64,000 bases of DNA. Source: Heteronotia binoei. Lineage: Eukaryota. Location of the stretch: the NCBI RefSeq assembly GCF_032191835.1, contig NC_083226.1, positions 24,180,001 to 24,244,000 on the forward strand, given 5' to 3'. The translations under genes were made by a program, and so were the position numbers. The notes below the pieces were generated by a model. The model worked only from the letters and a program-made list of their open reading frames with translations, was not told the origin of the DNA and searched no databases. Below, piece by piece: positions 48,565 through 59,973 of this stretch (position 1 is its first letter; every line of letters begins with the position of its first letter).

Positions 48565-49445
48565 ACCTCATAGTCTTTCCTTCCTCTCCAGTTCTTGCAT
48601 TCATGGGCCGAAACTCAACGTCTCTGGCCCAGGCTTGCGTCTGGAGTTTCTGGTGCCTCTCTTCCACTTCCCTTTCATGGGAACACTCCTCTTTTTCTTC
48701 CTTCTCTGCTTGTAGCTACTGTCTTTCCAACTCCCTGAACCAAATCTCTGCTTGATGCCCCCGGCACGGGCTGACTTTGTGTAGATGATGCACTTGCTCC
48801 TGCTAGGATACATAAATTCACTAGGAGGACCTTTAACTCATCCATAGACAGATTCTCACACTCGGTCTGCCTTTTCCTGCATTCCTCAGCTCTGGTTGTT
48901 TATGAACCTCAGCAGTGCCACGGTGTCCATGTTGGCTACTCTAAAACTAGCCTTGCTCTGTAATGTGAAAACAGAAGTCGTCCCATTGCTCCACCTGTGC
49001 GTTTGCACAAAAACTTTTTTTAAAAATTGGCCAATTTATTTCTTCACTGATCTTTGCACAGTCTAACCCACTACTGCTTCCTCCTGAAGGCACAGGAGCA
49101 CATTTCTTCACAAGGCTTTCCAAAGCCCCGCCCAGTCCTGCTGAATGCTGATTGGCTGGCATTCTGTGGTGTTGTTGCCTGTAATAGGCCTCAGGAAGTT
49201 TCAGCTGTTCTCTACACACACAAAAAAACCCCTCCTTTTCCTCAGACAACATTCTTCTTTCCCTCTATTCAGAGATCTCCATTTCTCCACTGCTATCTTC
49301 TATTTGTTTCCTCAGCAGCCTCCTACAGCTCTTCTACAGGGACAAGAAAGAACCTTTTCCCTGTCTCCCTACACCACCATATGGGAGAGTGTATATAAGC
49401 TTCAGTTCTGAGTGAACTGGCAATTTGGAGAATATGTTAACTACA
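48565..49445 (-). mobile_element. Probable LTR (49445-48959) plus decayed Gypsy-type gag 5' fragment
   Basis: The - strand segment starts TGTAG and ends TTACA, with CCAAT, GC-box and AATAAA in U3-R order. It is followed 28 nt later by an ATG and a broken E/K/R-rich coil (ELERQ*LQAEKEEKEECSHEREVEERHQKLQ). No clear PBS. Confidence 0.45.
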
Positions 49446-49651
49446 AGCGGACACTTGTATGGAAATCCCATTCCTTAACTGCTCACCATATTGCCCCTTG
49501 TCCTCACACAATCACTTCATTATGCCATACATACAACTACTTCAGATTTGAGCACAAGTAGCAATTATCTCCTGTAACTAACCCCAACTCCTCTCTACAG
49601 AGATGTGATCTATGGCCTTTTCCTCTTCCAGTTTACAAGCAAGCATGTTGG

Positions 49652-49718
49652 TGATGTCATAATGCACAGTGCCTAGATCATCAAGGTTTTGTGCATTCTT
49701 ACCATGTAACATGGCAAC
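49652..49718 (+). promoter_or_regulatory. Candidate spermatid-type proximal promoter: CRE-like TGATGTCA and RFX X-box GTAACATGGCAAC
   Basis: TGATGTCA at 49652-49659 and GTAACATGGCAAC at 49706-49718, 40-106 nt upstream of the ACTL7A-like ATG. Confidence 0.45.
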
Positions 49719-49757
49719 CAGCCAGAGAATGGGAATCAAGGAGAACTTGGAAAGAAA

Positions 49758-50981
49758 ATGTCAAGCATAGGGAATGCCAGTTCTAGTTCTATGCCAGTAA
49801 AGAAAGGGCTGATAGGTAAGCCCAGCACCAAGCCCAAGGAAGAGGGACAGACGTCGCGAAAGATGATTGTGAAAGAGACCAGAGCTGTCGTCATTGATAT
49901 CGGGACTGGGTCCTGCAAGTGTGGATTTGCCGGAGAGCAGAAGCCAGCCCACGTGATCTCATCGACTGTGGGTAAGCATATCCAGGAGACAGCGAAAACA
50001 GGAGACAACAGGAAAGAAACTTTTGTCGGCAAAGAATTTCAGGATGCCAGAATACCTCTGAAGTTTGTCAACCCTTTGAGACATGGAATAATAGTGGACT
50101 GGGATACCATCCAGGACATATGGGAGTATATTTTCCACAAGGAGATGAAGATTCGGCCTGAGGAACACGCTGTCCTGGTGTCAGACCCTCCCTTGAGTCC
50201 CACCACCAACAGAGAGAAATATGCAGAGATGCTCTTTGAGACGTTCTGCACCCCTGCCATGCACATCGCCTACCAGTCCAGATTGTCCATGTATTCCTAC
50301 GGGAAGACATCGGCCCTCGTTGTGGAAAGCGGCCATGGTGTTTCCTACGTTGTTCCCATCTATGAAGGCTACACTTTACCAAGCATTACAGAAAGGGTGG
50401 ACTACGCCGGGTCCGATGTCACCCAATACCTCATGAAATTATTAAACGAGTCTGTGAAACTGTTCTCAGAGAAAGACTGGAGGACCATAGAAGACATCAA
50501 AGAGAACTACTGCTTCACTTCACTGGACTTTCAGCAGGACTCCGCCGCACCTCTTGGGAAACACGAGATTGAATATGAGCTTCCTGACGGGCAAGTAGTC
50601 CGTATTGGCAGAGAGAGATTCATGTGTTCTGAAATGCTCTTCAAGCCGTCCTTGATAAACTCGCAGCAGCTGGGCCTTCCTCTCCTGACCGTGACGAGCC
50701 TCAACAAGTGTGATGCCACCCTCAAGAGGAACCTGATGAGCAACATCCTGCTGTGTGGGGGCTGTACCACCATGAAAGGCTTCTCTGACCGCTTTCAGAA
50801 AGAACTAAGTAAGATATGCTCGAATGATAAACCCGTTTTGATAGCTTCCCCTGAAAGAAAAACATCTGTATGGACGGGAGGCTCCATCCTAGCATCCCTC
50901 AAAGCCTTCCAGCAGCTCTGGGTTCACAGAAAAGAATATGAGGAACGGGGTCCTTTTTACATCTACAGGAAATGTTTCTGA
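49758..50981 (+). CDS. ACTL7A: Actin-like protein 7A-like (testis-type actin-related protein), single exon, 407 aa, intact
   Basis: Uninterrupted ORF with actin-fold motifs and ACTL7A-diagnostic segments ETAKTGDNRKETFVG, NPLRHGIIVDWDT, EEHAVLVSDPPLSP, MHIAYQSRLSMYSYG and VWTGGSILASL, ending in CF*. Orthologue versus paralogue is unresolved. Confidence 0.9.
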   Translation: MSSIGNASSSSMPVKKGLIGKPSTKPKEEGQTSRKMIVKETRAVVIDIGTGSCKCGFAGEQKPAHVISSTVGKHIQETAKTGDNRKETFVGKEFQDARIPLKFVNPLRHGIIVDWDTIQDIWEYIFHKEMKIRPEEHAVLVSDPPLSPTTNREKYAEMLFETFCTPAMHIAYQSRLSMYSYGKTSALVVESGHGVSYVVPIYEGYTLPSITERVDYAGSDVTQYLMKLLNESVKLFSEKDWRTIEDIKENYCFTSLDFQQDSAAPLGKHEIEYELPDGQVVRIGRERFMCSEMLFKPSLINSQQLGLPLLTVTSLNKCDATLKRNLMSNILLCGGCTTMKGFSDRFQKELSKICSNDKPVLIASPERKTSVWTGGSILASLKAFQQLWVHRKEYEERGPFYIYRKCF

Positions 50982-52336
50982 GTACCCATCAAACAGATGA
51001 CTCTCTCTCTCTTCAGCAAGATGCAGATTGCTTGATGAAATCTCCTGTGTTCTTTTAACCCCCGTAATATCGATTGCTCTGTAAGAACTGGTTTACCTTC
51101 TATTCTTACATTAAAGAATCAGTTGATGTACTCCGCAGTTACAAAGTGGTCTTCTGTTTCTTGACACAAGTGGCATATAGAAGGGGCAGCAGATTTGTAC
51201 ACATAAAATTCTCCTGTGCAAGTGATTTAGGCCAGCTTCCCATGTACATTTTCTGGGATTATATTCACTGAATTCAGTTAGACTTTATCCTGAGTAAATG
51301 CACACGGGATCTAGAGTGCTGGATCTGGTCAGGAAGACTCTGGTTCAAATGCCCACTCTTCCACAAACCTTGGGCCAATCTGGCAATCTAATGTACCTCA
51401 GGGTTATTGTGAGGATAAAAAACATAGGAGAACTGTGTATCCTTCAAAAATGTAGTGGCTGTAGACTGATCCTATGTATCTTCTAAGGAAACGGTCTATC
51501 CACCCAAACTTCAGTGATTTTTTCCCCAAGCTTCCTTACAACATTGTTTTCCATTTGTTACATTTCTAGGGTTTCTTCATCATTTCTCCATGCTTTTTTT
51601 TTCAAATTGGATCAAAGGTGGTTTGAAACTGTATGGAGAAATTACAAGAAACGAGAAACCACTGCAGTTCAGAGCTCAAACTGCAGGAAAACCCCCATGT
51701 GAAAATACCCAGAAATGGGTTTGAATAAAGAGGACCTGCAACCGCATGGTGCAATTGGGAAATTTTACACTCTGGACTTAATGGCCTTATGGGAGGGGAG
51801 AGCATATGACAGTAATGCATGCTTCAGATGTGAAATTCAGCAAATTTGTCTTAACACCATCTTCCAAGATAAACAAAAATGGCATAATCATGGTGAGCTT
51901 ACTGCTGTCCCTCCCTGATAACACACTTAAGACAGCAAGAGCAAATAAGCATGATGTGTTTCCAGAGATGAGTCTTCAAACGTTCAAAGTATAATAAAGT
52001 TTAATAAATGAATGAAAAGAACACACAGTCTGCTCAGGCTTTCAGGCTGAACAAGGGTACAAAGAGAAGGTGAAACATGTTCTCTGTACTTGATACTTAT
52101 TCTGCATTGTGTTTAATTAGGAGAGGCTGGTATTATTTGAAGTGGCAGTAGCTTAGAGTTCAAAAGAAAAATGAAAGGGAAAACTCCCAACTAAAAATGA
52201 ATTAGGTAATCAAAAAAGCTAAGAAAAACAAACCACAACAAAATATATGTTAATACAGAAAATAGGGGAAAAAACCTGACAAAATATTTAATATAATCTA
52301 GAACAGCATATTTTGTATGAGTTTTTCATTTTCTGT

Positions 52337-52550
52337 ATTAACTTTTGTGTTTTGTTCATTTTGGTTTGCTTTTCTCAAGTTTTTGGTTATCCAAATAGTT
52401 TGGCTTTCAGTATTACCCCAGATCTCATGGGGGTGGACTTCTGCATTAACTTCCATATTTTGTTCATTTTGGTTTGCTTTTCTCAAGTTTTTTGTTATCT
52501 AAATAGTTTGGCTTTCATTATTACCTCAGATCTCATGGGGAGGGACTTCT
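52337..52550. repeat. Tandem duplication, 2 x 108 bp
   Basis: attaactt...tttgttcattttggtttgcttttctcaag...agatctcatgggg..ggacttct repeated with period 108. Confidence 0.9.
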
Positions 52551-53132
52551 CCCCATTATCACTCACCATGTGGACAAGATGACGTCTCTAAGTAAAGACA
52601 TAGCCCTTCATGATTTGTGGTCCTACAAGGAGAAGAGCAAGATGGAAGAGAGCTTCTTCTTTGAGTCCAGCGAATTTGTCCCCTACTGAGGTTGTTCAGA
52701 TCTTTCTGCTGCAAAAGGAAGAGAATATTTTCTAGCCATTTGGCTGTTCCCTTCTCTCACACTATAGGGACAACTGATAGTCAACCATTGTTCTGCTTCA
52801 TCCAGATCTATTTGCATATATTAACTCCTAAGTGTCCTGTGCTTGGGCCTGATTGTTCTACCCCCAGCCCCCTCCTCCCTGCCAGCTACAATTAGTAGCT
52901 GGGTTCCCCCACCTTGGACAAAGCATAGTTGAATTATAGAGTTTCCTTGTTTGCCTTTTCAGCAAAGAAGATGAGATCTAAGGTAGCACTGAAAGAGACA
53001 GCTTTTTAGATAACTGTAGCTTGATATGTTTTAAGCCATTTTAACCACTAAGGTTTTGTCTGTTTATGTTCCTTGAGGTTTTACCGAATTTGTGATGGCC
53101 AATGGCTATATACAATAAACTGCTGCTACTAT

Positions 53133-53473
53133 TAGTGTTCCCTCTAAACTGAGTTAGTGTGAGCTAGCTCACAGTTTTTTTAGCCTCTGGCTCACACATT
53201 TTTGTCTTAGCTCAGGAAAAATGGCTCCAGAGCAAACGTATTTTTCGCTCCATAAGATGCACCTGAGCATAAGACGCACCTAGTTTTTAGAGCTGTTTGT
53301 GTGAATTTAGAGGCATTTGTGCGAATTTTTTGCAGTATTCGCTCCTTAAGACGCACACACTTTTCCCTCCACTTTTTTTGGGGGGGAAGTGAGTCTTATG
53401 GTGCAAAAAATACGGTAATTTATGCAGGAGCTCACAAAGTAGAATTTCTGCTCACAGCTTAAAGGGAACACTG
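53133..53473. mobile_element. MITE (TIR CAGTGTTCCCT) carrying a nested pogo/Tigger-like MITE at ~53237-53415; an uninterrupted relative lies at ~4065-4255
   Basis: Host sequence matches the 4065 copy. The insert has cgtatttttcgctccataag / cttatggtgcaaaaaatacg termini at a TA site. Confidence 0.7.
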
Positions 53474-54197
53474 ACTACTACTTCTACTACTGGGGTGAAT
53501 TCTAGGGTGGGGGGCATTTCTCTATGCTAAGGAATCCTTCATGTATTCCTATCTGCATTTTCCCAGATATTCACATACTTGGTCTCTTCTCAGTGTCATT
53601 GCGTTTGACGTTTGCTTCCATGATTGTTCAGTATGACATTGCTAGTTTCTGGAGGGTTTTCTTAAAATTATGAAATATTCCCAACAAAAAAAAATCTGCT
53701 GCAAAGCAAAGCTATTTTAAACTTTAATTGATACTTCTTCCTGAATTTATAATCAATTCTGGCCCCAGTCACCAATGTGACATCCTTGCTTTTCACAATC
53801 CAACCCACGTTTGTTCATTTAGTAATTTAAAATACTTAAAAACCATTTCTGTCCTGAAGTGGGAACCAAAGCAGGACACAATAACACAAACCCCTTGTAA
53901 GTGCAGTAATAACACCATACCACATCAAAAGAATAAAACCTGCAAATATTTTTATCTACCTCAAAACAGCCTCCGGAATAGCTCAGTTTTACACAGCTCT
54001 GTAAAACCAGGAGGGTGGCACAGAACAGTTTCGCAAGAAAAACTAGGTTGTGGCAGATTTTACTTGCCTGACTAGAAGAAGCCGCTGGTATAGATGGAGC
54101 TGCCATCTGGGTTCCTACCATGAGGAGATAGTCCTTTAAGTATGTGATTCATACTTCACAAAGGGCTTTTAAGGTAACAAGCAGTGCCTTGAGCTAA

Positions 54198-54703
54198 TGA
54201 GACCTAATATTTGCATGCAGCACAGATGTTCTGCCTCTGAGTCATGGTCCCTGGTGCAAAATCATCAGCTTGCTCCGCACAGAAACAGAAGCCTGTCCTG
54301 GAGCAGGGTGAGTGCGGAATCAGCCCAAATCTAATCTGACCGGCAGTTCTCTCCATGGTCTCATGCGGGGATCTTTCAGATCATCCACTATTTGATCCTC
54401 TTGTCTGGAAATAGTGGAGACTGAATGTGGGAATTCTGTCCAAGCAAGGGGAGGGGCTATGACTTAGCAGCAGAGTATTTGCATGTTGAAGGTCTCTGGT
54501 CAAATCTTCAGCATTTCCAACAAAAAGATCTAGCAGCAGTCGATGTGAAAAACCTCTGAGAGCCTGGAGAGTCACTATCAGTTTGAGTAGAGAATCTGAT
54601 TTTGATGGGTCAGTGGTCTGATTCAATTTAAGGCAGATTCATGTTCCTGAGACCTAATATTTGCATGCAGCACAGATGTTCTGCCTCTGAGTCATGGTCC
54701 CTG
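54198..54703. repeat. Perfect 56-bp direct repeat (54198-54253 and 54648-54703) around a 394-bp segment
   Basis: tgagacctaatatttgcatgcagcacagatgttctgcctctgagtcatggtccctg occurs twice. Confidence 0.9.
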
Positions 54704-57700
54704 AACCTGGGGCTCAAAGCTTGGATTCAGCACTTACTGTATTACCTTAAATTAATCGTGCTGGCTGTGATTCAGCTGATCTGATGGTAGCCAAGAAGAA
54801 TTCTTTGCTGCTCAACCCCACCTCACAGGCCTTCAAATGGACTCTGTTGTTCTTGGTCAGATTTGGCATATGTTTTCTGCAAATGCCACCACAGAGGTGA
54901 ATTTCCCACACTCTTGAATTCTCCCTGCTCTGGTGTAAAGTATACAGGGTTCTACTTGAGCAAGGAAGAGTAAAACAGAGAGTGACCTTGTCTGTACCCC
55001 CTTTCCTCCAAGAGTTTAGTATCCCAGGTCTTCACTGAGTCCTCTATGGATTCTTTGTTTAGTCTCTCAAAATCCCCCCAGAGCATTCTGGAATTGTCCA
55101 GAAGCAGAGCCTTCTAGCCACACTCAGCAGCCCTTGCAAGGGAACGGTCTAAGCAAAGCATAGATTGTGTAGGTAGTTCCTTTATCAGACCACTGTTGAT
55201 CCTTTTCTTTCACATGATTGCAATAGTATAACTTTAAAAAAATTAGTGATAAGTCAAAGGCCACAACCCGCTTGCTGCTATTTTTAATGTCCAGAGCCTC
55301 ACACAAAGGAATAATAATGGTGGCAGATCCTTTTGAAGAATTCATTTGTATTAGATCTGAGTGTACTCCAAGGAAAATAACACTGGAATGGTCTTTGAAG
55401 AATTCATTTAGGTTAGGCCTGAGTGTTCTCCAAATTCTGATTCCTTGATTAGTGACATCAAGTGCTAACCACATTTATGTGGTTCCTCAAGTTTCGCCCC
55501 TATAAATTATCTTTTTGTACTAGATGTGCCAGTTTTGCAAAAGTATGGCATAGGTGGATGAACTTAGTATCTGCTGGTGAACTTGGTATCTGCTGTTCTT
55601 GTCATGGTAGCCATACTACTGCTCCCCCTTCAGACACCCCCCTATTCCTGGTTAATTAACCCCTCTCCTGTTAAAGTCAGCACAGTTCTTCATATTGATT
55701 TTGCTAACTTTCCACCTGCTTGTATTATTTATGTTGTTCAGTGTTTGTGAAGAGGGATCCCTGAATAATTAATGAATACCCCTATAATAATAAATGAAAA
55801 TATGCTCTTGCCTTTAAAAGCAAAAAGAATGTCTGATGCAACATTTAGAGTGACTGTTGGAGGCCACACAGCCCAAATGGGTGTGGATAGAAGGTTGTAA
55901 AAGTAGATGAGAGGCCCAGAGAAGCTTCTGTTAAAGCTGATAAGGCATGGAGACAGCGGAGTGGAAAATATTAGAAATTACAGGAAGGAGGGGCATGTGG
56001 AGTAGATAAGGGGGAGGCTTGCCTGCTTGTTTTGGGGTTGAATAAAAACGGCTTGCATGAGGAAAACTTTAACTTCGTCATTTTGGGGCTTAAGTTCTGC
56101 TTTGATGTCAAAGTAAATCGTTTCATACCAAGCAATGTGTGGGGCTCCGTTATTTACCTGCTATATTTGCATAATAGTTAAAATTATTGTTTGCAACTCA
56201 GAAGCCAGGTTTTTGCCTAAACAGTACAGTTGAGCTTGGTGAGGTGGGGGAGATTATCACAGGTAGTTTGCATTAATTCTCTTGATTACTCTCCTAAGGA
56301 AAATAGCCAATAATACTAATGCAGACTTTGGAGATCAAGCTCATGTTATCAAGGGAATTGGGGAGGGGTTGTGCCTCAGTGGTAGATAAGGCTGCCCTGG
56401 TCCGGGACGGAGGAAGCTGATCTTCCTGCCACTTGGGTGAGCTGCCACCACCTGCTCAATTTAGGAACAGGAATCCCAATCCCCCTTTCCAGTTCTGGGG
56501 CCTCTAGGCCCTCTGCCAACCCAACACCTGGTTATCACAGAGACCAAAGTCCTCCTTTGGGAGACCCCTGGAGGATTGGCACCCTTGCCAACTGCATGCT
56601 TTCCCCCTTCCCTGGACTGCCCTCTTACAATAGCACGGTCTAAGGCAGTTGGGGAAACTATGTGCGACTCAAGATTATAACAAACAAATTTATTTTCATT
56701 ATATAACTATTTACAGGCATATTAAAAAAAAAAAAGTTAACGGAAGCAATGTAGGGCAAAAACACTCCTTCTCTCCCTATTCTAATACTTGCCCTGACCA
56801 TACCTTCCAGAACAGATAGACTCACCAACTCAACTGAACTCAAACTGAAGACTCACCACCCAAAATCTGCAATATAAATTGCGGTTCCCACCCAGGAACT
56901 GGTTTCCCCTCCTGCAGCCTTCTGGGAGACCAGCCTGAAAGACTTCTTGTCTCTCTAGGAGGCCTCAGAATTGCTGCTTCCAGACAGGAGGGGAGGAGGA
57001 AAAGAGTAGGCCCAAAACCTTCTTTCAGTTTGACAGCCTCTTCCTGCCAACTCACAGAACCCTAGCCTAAAATGGCGTTTCTCCACAGGAATCATGGGTC
57101 TTCCTCCCACCCCATGTTGGTGAAACGTTGTGCGCTTGCTGCTGTATGTCAGTCAGACCCAGTTTTGGTTATTATCAGCTTTCCTGAGAACAGCAAATGG
57201 AGGGAATGGAGAGTTCTTGGTTTTTCATCCTCACTGCTTCCCCGTTATTAAAGTCATTGCTTCAGGCAGATCAGTGAGCAAAGCCTGCCCTGCTTTTCCA
57301 CACCTGGCCTTGCCCTGCCCGCCATGGAACATGCCCCGAGGCCCTGAGCATGAGGTAAGTGAAGCGTCCCTCCCTTTCCAACTAAACAGTTCTGCAGTGC
57401 TTGACCCCAGCTTCTGGGTGGGGCGAAGGAGAGGGATAGTATCTGTTTCTAGCGTCAACAACCTATTCAGCCCTGGGGTAATGCAGTGAGTGTGCTCTGT
57501 TGGGGAGGGCTATTTTTGCCCCACACCACTGGGGAATATGCAGCTGGGCAAATAGGTCCCCCACCCAAGCTGTTTCAGGACTGGAAAACAATGCAGGAGT
57601 GAAAGGTACACACCCTTTCACAGTGTGCCGCAGGGACCTGCAAGCCTGGGGGTTGGTTTCCCATCAGGTAACTTGCAGGTTCCCACAGCAGACCAATCCC

Positions 57701-58575
57701 CTGTCTCTGGAATATACAGAGACAGGCCTTGCTTTTAAGTCAGGCAAGAGAGTGAGTGGAGGTGGATGGATGGGTGGATGCAGGCCTCATTTTTGGCAGG
57801 AGCTCACAGGAGCTGAGCTCCAGAACCTCTTACTGTGCTCTTTTCTGCTTCTCCCCACCACCAAACACTTGCTTCTGGGCTCCATTGTTCAACCCCCCTG
57901 TGAGAATTTTGCTGGACTCTAAGATTTGACAAACTTTCTAATATTTCCCCCCACCAAAAATGGGAAAATAACCAAAACATATAAAGCAGACAGACATAAA
58001 TCTTCATTATGCCACCGAGGCCACATAGGAGAAAGTAGTTTAAAAAGGATTATGGGAGTAAGATTTTATTATGACAATTATAATTCAAGAAGCATTTAAA
58101 GGGAGATGCTGAGCTGATATAATTTAATACACCTTCTGGTGATGTCAGGGGTGTGCGGCATATGCAAATGAGTTGTGCTAATGACCTCTTTTTCTACAAA
58201 ATTACCCCTGGATGGAGGGATGGCCTAGCAGCCACTGGGAGTGGGGGTACTTACAGTAGGGGGGCAGCCATAGCGTCTGGGGGGCAAGTGCTCAAGTGTT
58301 GGCCCAGTGCGATGCCAGTGCTTCTGGGTTATGCTCAAAGTGACATCACTGTGCAGCAACAAAGATTGCCACCCCCACCACTTCCCATTTTGTTGGCTTG
58401 CTTCCACCTGCCAACAAGATGAGTGTTGGTGGGCATCAGAAAGAATTAGCATGGGTTTGCCCACCATTAGCGGGCACCTGGGAAGCAATTATAAATGGAC
58501 AGATAAGATGGACAGATAAATCTGATTACATCAATAAAAAGTGCACATCATGCAGTTTAAGTAAAACATTCTGAC

Positions 58576-58581
58576 TTTATT
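58576..58581 (-). terminator. Candidate HOPX polyadenylation signal (AATAAA on -)
   Basis: tttatt on +, about 1.3 kb downstream of the HOPX stop codon. Confidence 0.35.
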
Positions 58582-59895
58582 ATTAACATAGCTGGGAGAA
58601 AATAATTTTTTCATGTAGCGAAACTTTGGAAATGTGTCCATGCATATGCGTTTGCAAATCCTCATTCAGCTGTGCTGGAGGCCGATACAACAAAGGCATG
58701 AGCCATCCCATACCCAAGGGGCTAATAGCACAGGTGCATATTTCCATGCTGGCCTGTTTGTGCCAAGCCAACCCAGATGGGAAAGGTACGGCAAGGTTAA
58801 GAGACCAAGCCCGCTGGGCTAAGAACAGGAAGCTGAGTGGGAGGAATACACCAGCCGGCCACTTCAGAGCCAGCCCTTCCTCATAGGATCTAAGAGGCCT
58901 CAACGTGTGGTTCCAGTCAGCTCTTTCCTCCTCGCACAAGCTTGAAAAAAGCACTAGGATAGTTTCATCCCCCTCAGAGATGGGGACCCTCCTGTTGTTG
59001 CGGATGTTGTGGTGAAATTCTTAGCATGGTCCAGCTGCAAGAAACAAGCTGGCAGTGGCTGCAGTGCATACAACTGAATGCTGTCTTAGGGAGCAGGGCT
59101 CAGAGTGCCTTAAGCCTATTGTGCACTAGCCCTGGAGTTACCAACCTCCAGCTGCGGCCTGGAGATCTCCCAGAATTACAACTGATCTCTAGACTGCAGA
59201 AATCAGTTCCGCCAGAGAAAATGGCTGCCTTGGAGGGCAGACTCTCTGACATTATACCCTAGTGAGGCCCCCTCCTCTCCTCAAACCCCCACCCTCCACA
59301 GGCTCCACACACACACCCCACCCCAAATCTTCAAGAATTTCCCAACTTTGAACTGGCAACCCCAATTAACATAGTGTAATGTTTGCATGGTCAGAGAGGC
59401 TAGGAGTTCAATATGGACAACACCTAACCTTCTTGTATTTGCTAAGGCCTCCTAGCACACAAATAACTGACAGAGAATATTGTGCCAAGGATGTGAATTA
59501 AGTTGATTTTCTGGATGTTGCTCTGACAAGTTCTAGGAGTAATCTAGATGGTAGACGGCAAATAAAGATATTTTCTTTATAGTCTTGTATTAGTTTTGCC
59601 AGCAGTTGAAGGAAATATTCAGTACAACCATTCCCTGCCGTTCTAAAAAGCAGCCAATGGGGTTTGTAGGGATTCCTTCCCAAGCTCTACACATCCTTGG
59701 CCAATACATAACATTTTATATAATTATTCCCCCCACCCCTGGCCCCGTTAGGTTATGTACATTTTAAATAAGGCAGCAGGTTAAATAATAGAACACATTA
59801 GTTTAGATAGTCACTCTTCCCACAGCAAAAGTCATCACTGAATTGAGACAGCCATCAGTTTTTCCAGGGTTGACTTCTGAGGGGGGTAATTCCAG

Positions 59896-59973
59896 TCAGT
59901 CTCTGACAGACCCACACTCTGAAGGGAGCCCTTCCGATCGCCGCCATTCCGCCAGACGCTTCTTGAACCATTT
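59896..59973 (-). CDS. HOPX: HOPX last coding exon: KWFKKRLAEWRRSEGLPSECGSVRD*
   Basis: ttcctttttgccctcag acceptor on the - strand, phase 0. With the 48-aa exon it gives 73 aa, the canonical HOPX length. Confidence 0.97.
   Translation of the reverse strand, partial: KWFKKRLAEWRRSEGLPSECGSVRD

Noticed and set aside
55124-55474. 116-aa minus-strand ORF containing a 62-bp-period duplication (55332 and 55394)
   Set aside because: The period is not a multiple of 3 and no protein family is recognised.
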